A stretch of 5,359 bases of DNA, taken from positions 1-5,359 of the IMG/VR virus record IMGVR_UViG_3300017779_003210; one strand, 5' to 3'. Shown here one piece after another: positions 1 to 5,346 of this stretch (position 1 is the stretch's first letter; each line of letters opens with the position of its first letter). The position numbers were made by a program, and so were the translations under genes. Below the pieces are notes generated by a model. That model worked only from the letters and a program-made list of their open reading frames with translations. It searched no databases and had not been told where the DNA came from. The DNA is from a virus.

Positions 1-76
1 TAATTCTCTTTCTTGTTTTCTGCTATTTCTAAGATGCTTATAGCAATTTTCGTTGTATCCCATGAGTATTTTTTAA
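1..76. repeat. Terminal direct repeat, copy 1 (circular-assembly overlap). Contains a duplicate of the ORF84 start codon (complement of 61-63) and its first 21 codons (1-63).
   Basis: Compared base by base, 1-76 (taattctctttcttg...gagtattttttaa) is identical to 5284-5359. Identity stops at the window end. Confidence 0.97.
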
Positions 77-265
77 GGTTATTAACATTTTTCGTGTTTT
101 ACCTTACTACTCAGTACAATTTGTCTTATAATTTATACTATGTATAGTCCAGGCACTTGCTAACACGCTTTTAACAAACTTACAACATATTTCTGTAAAC
201 ATTGTTAACTTTTTTCATTTTTTTTTTAATCGGCTTTTAATTGTCTAATAAACAACTTTTTAAGC
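64..265 (-). promoter_or_regulatory. Largest non-coding region (202 nt) between the VP4 stop and the ORF84 start; presumed promoter and possibly replication control region
   Basis: No ORF on the coding strand. It lies between the last and first genes of a unidirectional circular gene array. It contains a T10 run (218-227), a near-palindrome gtaaacattgttaac (195-209), a repeated 8-mer gcttttaa (167-174 and 233-240) and a small AT hairpin tatac-tat-gtata (134-146). Confidence 0.5.
175..182 (-). promoter_or_regulatory. Candidate Bacteroidota-type -7 promoter box, TAAGTTTG (consensus TAnnTTTG)
   Basis: Plus-strand caaactta reads TAAGTTTG on the coding strand, about 110 nt upstream of the ORF84 ATG. 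No clean TTTG -33 box sits at the canonical spacing; the nearest is GTTTAC, which is too close. An alternative sigma70-like TTAGCA-N17-TAGTAT can also be read further downstream on the coding strand, at roughly 160-132. Confidence 0.25.
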
Positions 266-287
266 TCATGATTTCATTAAATCATGA
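266..287. repeat. Perfect 9-bp inverted repeat with a 4-nt loop, spanning the VP4 stop codon; possible end-of-operon terminator-like hairpin
   Basis: tcatgattt (266-274) / catt / aaatcatga (279-287) are exact reverse complements. On the coding strand no immediate T-run follows; the next bases are GCTTAAAAAGTTGTTTATT. Confidence 0.35.
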
Positions 288-1273
288 AGGCATACTCTAC
301 GTTCCTCTTCATCAGCTTGGCCATATAATTTTATTAATCTTTCTTTTTTAATTAGATTCCTTCGCTCATTTTCATACCTTTTTAACTCCCAATTTTCACT
401 ATCATCTCCATAGCCTAATCTTTTACTTTTCTGTCTTTTAACTTCCAAGAGTTTATAGTATTCTTCTTCTCCTTCACTAATATCAACTCTTACTCCATCC
501 ACATACCTTACCTGTTCATCCAACTTCTCTAACCATAGAAGCTCTTTCTCTTCATCACTATATATTTTATTTCTGTAATAGATCGGTAATGCTAACTCGA
601 TCCCTTGTCTCGTCTTGTACGTTTCAATCGTCTCCCCCTTAATATATTTATTACGCTCAATATCCTTTCTTTGCATATAATTACCACCAATGCCCTTACT
701 TGTAAATATCTTGCTATTATATTCTTTATGCGCTTTATCAACTTTATTAATATATTTTACTATATAATTGATTGTCTTCCCATTGACATAATCCCCAATC
801 CATATCTTTCCATAATTCCATTTCTCTTCGATTACCTCCTTCGTCTCGTCTGTCCATAACAAACCATGCATATGCACTCGTTCTGTATTCTGACTCCCTA
901 ACTCTGTAACTAACCAATGTCTTATTGTTTTTTTATATTTCTTTCTCCAACGCTCCGTAAATCTTCTAACTGCCAACCTACATATTTCATTGTCTCTATC
1001 GTAACCGCTCAGTCCTTTGATCTCATTATCCAATTTCTGCAATTCTCTTTCACTAAACGTGAACGTCACAAACTTCGCATTCTTATTTACTCTTATGTCC
1101 TCCTGTAATCTTACTTGCCATTGTCTTGACTTCTGTTTCCTACATTCTAAACATTTTCCACATCCAACGGGCACACTCAGTACCCGTTTGTCCTTTACCT
1201 CTGGTATTATACCACCATTTTTCTTATTCGGTACATACTTTCGGTTTCTTATCAACTTCGGATATAAACACAC
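266..1273 (-). CDS. VP4: Replication initiation protein VP4 (HUH rolling-circle endonuclease; phiX gene A counterpart); apparent GTG start
   Basis: The N-terminus (M)CLYP and the CGKCLECR cysteine cluster (1139-1162) fit the family. RCR motif 1 is FVTFTF (1055-1072), motif 2 is HMHGLLW (854-874) and motif 3 is YIVKYINK with paired Tyr (743-766). The first codon is GTG at 1271-1273, and there is no in-frame ATG before Met135. The stop is TGA. Confidence 0.93.
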   Translation of the reverse strand: MCLYPKLIRNRKYVPNKKNGGIIPEVKDKRVLSVPVGCGKCLECRKQKSRQWQVRLQEDIRVNKNAKFVTFTFSERELQKLDNEIKGLSGYDRDNEICRLAVRRFTERWRKKYKKTIRHWLVTELGSQNTERVHMHGLLWTDETKEVIEEKWNYGKIWIGDYVNGKTINYIVKYINKVDKAHKEYNSKIFTSKGIGGNYMQRKDIERNKYIKGETIETYKTRQGIELALPIYYRNKIYSDEEKELLWLEKLDEQVRYVDGVRVDISEGEEEYYKLLEVKRQKSKRLGYGDDSENWELKRYENERRNLIKKERLIKLYGQADEEERRVCLHDLMKS

Positions 1274-1276
1274 ATT

Positions 1277-2251
1277 CTATATATCTCCTTTTAATGATAT
1301 GCTTTTACTCCACATACTTTTAGTCTTTATATTGAATGCACCTCTTATTATTTCCATTAATACTTTCGTTCCCATATCAATCCACATTTCTTTCTTCCTT
1401 TGCTCATAATTTAACTCTGTAAATTCTTTACTTACCATCGTTCGAATTTTATCATAACTTACCGCATCCATATTCATTCCTACTCTTGCACTTTCTAATT
1501 CTAATTGACTATATGCTATATCTAATCTTTCATTAACTGCTTGCGTTTCTGTTGTTGTTAACTTCGTTTTTGCATCTATTAATTTTCCATTATTTATTGA
1601 TTCTATCGCTTTACCTTTTTCTTGTAATATCAAATCATCCCATTGTTCTTCTTTTAAATCAAATTCTTGTTTCAAATTCTCTGTTTCTTGACCAATATTC
1701 TTTAAGAACGCATCAATTTCATCTTGCTTATTCGCATTTAATATCTTTTGATAATCACTCTGCAATTTTATATAATCTTTGCTTTCTTTCATATTAGCAA
1801 TTCTTTGTTCTGCTTCTTTCGTATCAACTCCACCTGTTTTTTCAGTATTCGTCTCTATGTTTTCCGTTTCAGCATTTTTCTTCGCTATCTCTGCCATCAT
1901 TAATGCACTTGATAAATCCATTGTTCTTTCTTGTGGCGCACTTCCGCCTGACGCACTTCCTCCGCCTTGACTTCCAGTAGTTGTTCCACCGCCACCGCTC
2001 ATTCCATACATTAAAGCTGGGTTTAATCCCGCTTCTTCCATCATTTTTACCTGTGCTGGCATATTCGTTTTTCTCCACATATCCATTTGCAATTCATGTC
2101 CTTGTCTATTTAACTGCATTTGGTGATCTCTTTGAAATCCCATTAATTTCTTATTTCTATGATACCCTCGTTTTCCTTGGCCCATTCCACCTAACATTCC
2201 TAAGGCTCCGCCTATTACTGCTCCACCAGCTCCACTAAAAAATTCACTCAT
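1277..2251 (-). CDS. VP2: Minor capsid / DNA pilot protein VP2 (phiX gene H counterpart)
   Basis: Gly-rich hydrophobic N-terminus SGAGGAVIGGALGMLGGMGQG. The conserved block QMQLNRQGHELQMDMWRKTNMPAQVKMMEEAGLNPALMYG (2003-2122) is characteristic of gokusho/alpavirus VP2. This is followed by a Gly/Ser tract (1937-2002) and a long charged, probably coiled-coil segment. ATG start, TAG stop. Confidence 0.85.
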   Translation of the reverse strand: MSEFFSGAGGAVIGGALGMLGGMGQGKRGYHRNKKLMGFQRDHQMQLNRQGHELQMDMWRKTNMPAQVKMMEEAGLNPALMYGMSGGGGTTTGSQGGGSASGGSAPQERTMDLSSALMMAEIAKKNAETENIETNTEKTGGVDTKEAEQRIANMKESKDYIKLQSDYQKILNANKQDEIDAFLKNIGQETENLKQEFDLKEEQWDDLILQEKGKAIESINNGKLIDAKTKLTTTETQAVNERLDIAYSQLELESARVGMNMDAVSYDKIRTMVSKEFTELNYEQRKKEMWIDMGTKVLMEIIRGAFNIKTKSMWSKSISLKGDI

Positions 2252-2279
2252 TATTTTATTTTTTATTTATTATTTTTCG

Positions 2280-2294
2280 CGCTTTTTTAAAGCG
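2280..2294. repeat. Hairpin, 6-bp stem cgcttt/aaagcg with a ttt loop, in the ORF124-VP2 intergenic region
   Basis: 2280-2285 is the exact reverse complement of 2289-2294. Confidence 0.5.
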
Positions 2295-2317
2295 ATTATT
2301 TTCCCTTGATATATAAG

Positions 2318-2340
2318 AACAGATGCGTACCGCCCCTGTT
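2318..2340. repeat. GC-rich nested hairpin (outer aacag/ctgtt, inner gcg-tac-cgc)
   Basis: 2318-2322 pairs with 2336-2340, and 2325-2327 pairs with 2331-2333. It is a local GC-rich island in AT-rich DNA. Confidence 0.4.
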
Positions 2341-2344
2341 ACTA

Positions 2345-2377
2345 ATTGGGGGGACACTCATTAATCCCCCCTCTTAC
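2345..2377. repeat. G6/C6 hairpin element, copy B (attGGGGGG-12 nt-CCCCCCtcttac), beginning 5 nt after the ORF124 stop on the coding strand
   Basis: G6 at 2348-2353 and C6 at 2366-2371, with loop acactcattaat. It is flanked by the 9-nt direct repeat ttactaatt (2339-2347 and 2374-2382). It shares its flanks with copy A. Confidence 0.6.
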
Positions 2378-2751
2378 TAATTAGCTTTTTTCCCGCCTTC
2401 TGTTGACTTCGCTCCGCTAACATTATCCACTTTTAGATCGACTACTTTTGTCTCCTTTTTAGACTCTTCTTTAGGTTTACTCACACTCCCTTTAGCATCT
2501 CTCTTGGCTTGGATACTTCCAGACACCTTGTCCATTGCTTCACTTGCTACTTCCCATCTGTCCGTTCTGATATTATAAGCCGCTACCACACCATCTTTAC
2601 GTTCCGTAAATATACTTGGTGCTCCATCCGTAATTGGCTCTTTATTACTCACTACTCTTTCAATTTTATGCTCTATCGGTTCACCTTCAACCACTTCTAC
2701 ACTTGTTAATTGACTCTTTCTGTATCTTGCTTTATATTTCGCTCTACTCAT
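2377..2751 (-). CDS. Hypothetical small virion or assembly-associated protein (ORF124); function not assignable from sequence
   Basis: ATG start with an A-rich leader; TAG stop, followed directly by TAA. It fills the gap between VP1 and VP2 on the coding strand. It has a basic N-terminus (MSRAKYKARYRK) and a central block EPITDGAPSIFTERKDGVVAAYNIRTDRWEVASEAMDKV. From memory, that block resembles a small ORF conserved in Bacteroidota-associated microviruses. The C-terminus is a Lys/Glu/Ser-rich tail. Confidence 0.65.
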   Translation of the reverse strand: MSRAKYKARYRKSQLTSVEVVEGEPIEHKIERVVSNKEPITDGAPSIFTERKDGVVAAYNIRTDRWEVASEAMDKVSGSIQAKRDAKGSVSKPKEESKKETKVVDLKVDNVSGAKSTEGGKKAN

Positions 2752-2783
2752 TATATCTTTTTTTAATTTTATTATACATTGTT

Positions 2784-2810
2784 ATTGGGGGCGTTTCCAC
2801 CCCCTCTAAC
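2784..2810. repeat. G5/C5 hairpin element, copy A (attGGGGG-8 nt-CCCCCtctaac), 28 nt downstream of the VP1 stop on the coding strand
   Basis: G5 at 2787-2791 and C5 at 2800-2804, with loop cgtttcca. The flanks att...tctWac match copy B. Confidence 0.6.
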
Positions 2811-2832
2811 TCAAACTAAACTAACTTACTCA

Positions 2833-4872
2833 CTATAAGTTCGGTATTACCTTCGCTGACATTTTTCTTCTAGCTACAATTCTATTACTAATCTGTACCC
2901 AAAAGTTTTGACTATCTCTACTTGTCTGTGCAAATATTTGATTGTATTTACTCGGATCTACATACGTTGTTAAATCTGCTATTCCTGTTGCATCTTGCTC
3001 GTATCTTCTATTCAATGTCATAAACATCTCATTTCCTTTTACTGCAAAATTCCCACGACACTGATTCACATTTGTCATATAATTTATCCATGCCGGTTGT
3101 TTTCCCGCTGTTCCATACACCACATTTCCTGCATAATCGCATGTTGTATCAAACCATGCCATCTGATCTGTAATTAAATCCTGAAATCCTATCTCATCTA
3201 ACGCCGGTTTATGTAAATCATTCATCGTTTTTAAGTTCACATCCCACTTATTTCCTTGACTGTAGTCAATTCTTGGTGTTATACTCACAATTCCTAATAT
3301 ATAACTAGGCTCACTTACTTTGATTTTTACTCTTCCACCTTTGTTCTTACCAGTTAATCTTCCACGTCCCGCTAATGTTCCCATAGGCTGATCTGTCCCA
3401 TTTTCTACATCTAACACATCCGTTGTCGATACTACTTCCTCAAACGCTAGTTCTTTTATTAAACTTCCATGATATATCGGATTTTCCACGCTTTTACTTC
3501 TTTCATGCGTATATACTGCATCTAACCAATCATCATACGAACCTCCACTTATTGCGATTCTATTAAGCATATTATATACTTTATTCGCTAAGTTTAACGC
3601 ATCAATCGTAAACTCATTTCCCGCTGTACTTACCGCAGTTACTTCATTTACTCCATTCGTTCCATCAATCCATTCTGTACTTATCCAATTATTAAATAAA
3701 TCTGATTGATAAGTTTTAATTCCTAATCCCTCTTGACTACTTAATTTAAAGAATATTGCGTCTCCTGACCCAATACTTGTACCTTCATATCCTAATCCTA
3801 ATCCATATGGTGCTGGACTTGTATCACCTATTTCAAACGCTGTTGTATCTCTTACTGCTTCTAGAATATCCATTCTCATATCATCGATATTACTCAAATC
3901 AAATTTTTCTAGTTGTGGTTCTCCTAGTCCTCTTGGCTCTGTATTTTCAATTGTTACTTGATCATTTTGCCATGTCTGTCCACTAGCTCTAGCTCCTGTA
4001 TATCCTCTGAATGTCGTTGTTTGCGTACCATCATCATTTAATACAAACGTATTTTCTTGAAATATATCTACTGCATTTAACGTTACTCCCCCAAATATTA
4101 CTTTAACATCATTAACATCTAATGTTCCATATTCCGCCAAATTGTTATTCCATTTTGTTTCCACCACTAATACAACGTCTCCGTCCACATTCGTATTAAC
4201 TGTCGTTACTGCTGTTGGGTTTATATCATATTTTGCTTTTTCAGTTCCTAGATTATCATATGTAAATAACTCTACTTGTAACACTTTAAAGTCATTTTCT
4301 GTTGCTTTTTGGTGTATTACATATCCTCTTTCTTCTTGCTTATTCGCATAATAATTCTTATAAACATCCCAATATCCTAAATATGGTATTGCATTGAAAA
4401 ATCTTTTTTGATATACATCTGTACCATTTTGTTTTCCTAATCCTCTCATATTTAGATAACTATATATTGAACTGCTGTTAATCTGACTATTATCTCCTTT
4501 AGTTGCATCATAATAACTATACATTTTTATCTGTGGTAATAATACCTCACTCATATCCATACCAATATTTAACATATTCATATGCAATTTCCCATTATAT
4601 AATCTTATTGGACATTCAAATACATCTAACTGTACTTTATAACTCCCAAATAATGGTCCTAACGTTGGTAACGTTTTAACATCACAATCTAGATCAATAT
4701 CGAAACTATCTCCAGGTAATCCTACCTCTGACATAAACGGTACTAATGTACCACTCGCCATTGACGATCTCCATATATAACCCAAATCATGCGTACTCCT
4801 CTCGTAATTTCTTAACGAAATTTCTTGCTTATTCCCAGAACCTAATCTGTCTCCGCCTAATTGTGTTTTCAT
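2833..4872 (-). CDS. VP1: Major capsid protein VP1 (phiX gene F family jelly-roll)
   Basis: N-terminal signature ERSTHDLGYIWRSSMASGTLVPFMSEVGLPGDSF (4702-4803). Conserved block FTIDALNLANKVYNMLNRIAISGGSYDDWLDAVY (3511-3612) corresponds to the family motif of the type ...DLR.A..LQ.W.E...RGG.RY.E.... Further motifs are GTLAGRG, EPSYILGIVSITPR and PALDEIGFQ. ATG start; TAG stop. Confidence 0.95.
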   Translation of the reverse strand: MKTQLGGDRLGSGNKQEISLRNYERSTHDLGYIWRSSMASGTLVPFMSEVGLPGDSFDIDLDCDVKTLPTLGPLFGSYKVQLDVFECPIRLYNGKLHMNMLNIGMDMSEVLLPQIKMYSYYDATKGDNSQINSSSIYSYLNMRGLGKQNGTDVYQKRFFNAIPYLGYWDVYKNYYANKQEERGYVIHQKATENDFKVLQVELFTYDNLGTEKAKYDINPTAVTTVNTNVDGDVVLVVETKWNNNLAEYGTLDVNDVKVIFGGVTLNAVDIFQENTFVLNDDGTQTTTFRGYTGARASGQTWQNDQVTIENTEPRGLGEPQLEKFDLSNIDDMRMDILEAVRDTTAFEIGDTSPAPYGLGLGYEGTSIGSGDAIFFKLSSQEGLGIKTYQSDLFNNWISTEWIDGTNGVNEVTAVSTAGNEFTIDALNLANKVYNMLNRIAISGGSYDDWLDAVYTHERSKSVENPIYHGSLIKELAFEEVVSTTDVLDVENGTDQPMGTLAGRGRLTGKNKGGRVKIKVSEPSYILGIVSITPRIDYSQGNKWDVNLKTMNDLHKPALDEIGFQDLITDQMAWFDTTCDYAGNVVYGTAGKQPAWINYMTNVNQCRGNFAVKGNEMFMTLNRRYEQDATGIADLTTYVDPSKYNQIFAQTSRDSQNFWVQISNRIVARRKMSAKVIPNL

Positions 4873-5159
4873 ACTTCTTCTTGTTTTTTGATTTTACTTT
4901 TTACTTCGTCTAATATCATCACTATTTGAATAATCCTATTCCAAGTGATTTTCTTTAATTGTTTCTCTATGTCCTTAGCATCATTCGACTTTTCTGTTAG
5001 TCTATAATTCCCCATAACTCCGAAACTATATCCATCCTGAGTTATTACCTCAAACGGACTATCTTTTATTTGTACTCTTTTTATGAGTTCTTCATTCGAA
5101 GATTCTTTTTTGCTTTTGCTTACATTCGGTTGTAATTGTTTTACTAATGTGTCTTTCAT
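4869..5159 (-). CDS. Hypothetical protein ORF96, translationally coupled to VP1
   Basis: ATG start. Its TGA stop overlaps the VP1 ATG as ATGA (4869-4872). It is on the coding strand and has lysine-rich termini. I recognise no motif. Confidence 0.6.
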   Translation of the reverse strand: MKDTLVKQLQPNVSKSKKESSNEELIKRVQIKDSPFEVITQDGYSFGVMGNYRLTEKSNDAKDIEKQLKKITWNRIIQIVMILDEVKSKIKKQEEV

Positions 5160-5346
5160 TTCTTAAATATTTAGTTGTTGATTTTAATTTTACGTACTCG
5201 CCATTTTCTAGGCGTCTTTTTAATATTATTTCTCCTGTGTCTCTATCTACATACAGACTTTCTGTTTTCCATATTGGATTCAATAATTCTCTTTCTTGTT
5301 TTCTGCTATTTCTAAGATGCTTATAGCAATTTTCGTTGTATCCCAT
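5092..5346 (-). CDS. Hypothetical basic protein ORF84; first gene after the non-coding region, with its start codon inside the terminal overlap
   Basis: ATG at 5344-5346 (the same codon as 61-63) with an A-rich leader. It is rich in K/R. Its 3' end overlaps ORF96 by 68 nt in another frame. TGA stop. Without it, about 190 nt of a very compact genome would be non-coding. Confidence 0.5.
   Translation of the reverse strand: MGYNENCYKHLRNSRKQERELLNPIWKTESLYVDRDTGEIILKRRLENGEYVKLKSTTKYLRNERHISKTITTECKQKQKRIFE

Larger units (their letters stand above)
1..5283 (-). other. One complete unit of a circular Microviridae (non-Bullavirinae, gokusho/alpavirus-like) ssDNA phage genome; every credible gene is on the minus strand
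   Basis: Exact 76-nt terminal overlap closes the circle at 5283 nt. The gene set is VP1 + VP2 + VP4 plus small ORFs. The size (about 5.3 kb), tight packing, overlapping genes and single coding strand are typical of the family. Confidence 0.9.

Noticed and set aside
1-76. Terminal repeat as a biological structure (LTR, ITR, a phage direct terminal repeat, or a duplicated gene start)
   Set aside because: It is a direct repeat that is perfectly identical and sits exactly at both window ends. Joining the ends yields an uninterrupted ORF84 and a genome of canonical microvirus size. This is the standard signature of a circular contig written linearly.
1285-1290. AAGGAG upstream of VP4 as evidence that the host uses Shine-Dalgarno pairing
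   Set aside because: It is formed by VP2 codons (AAA GGA GAT). It is the only such motif in the genome, and the other five genes have A-rich leaders without SD sequences. It is kept only as a note within the VP2/VP4 junction finding.
1869-2078. A 69-aa minus-strand ORF overprinted on VP2 in another frame; very basic (RRRK, RWRW)
   Set aside because: It starts at GTG and has no ATG anywhere. It lies over the GGN-rich glycine tract of VP2, where the local GC-richness removes stop codons by chance. It has no hydrophobic segment that would suggest an E-like lysis protein. It would only be worth revisiting if the frame is conserved in relatives.
2805-2832. Degenerate ctaa(a)/ctaact repeats just after the VP1 stop (coding strand AAGTTAGTTTAGTTTGAGTTAG) as a promoter or microsatellite
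   Set aside because: It is too short and irregular to call a tandem repeat. TAGTTTG has a 1-nt rather than 2-nt spacer relative to TAnnTTTG, so it does not match the promoter consensus.
605-4351. Ten plus-strand ORFs of 60-130 aa (for example 1017-1409, 605-859, 1552-1797, 1981-2238, 3756-3986, 4142-4351)
   Set aside because: All lie antisense to well-supported minus-strand genes. Their translations are low-complexity and F/L/I/S-rich, as expected when A-rich coding DNA is read backwards. None has a recognisable motif. Microviridae transcribe one strand only.
5092-5162. Programmed frameshift fusing ORF84 to ORF96
   Set aside because: ORF96 is in the +1 frame and has its own ATG. Its frame is closed by TAA two codons upstream of that ATG. 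The A-run in the overlap (CAA AAA AGA) is not positioned as a canonical X XXY YYZ slippery heptamer. Plain overlapping genes are normal in this family.
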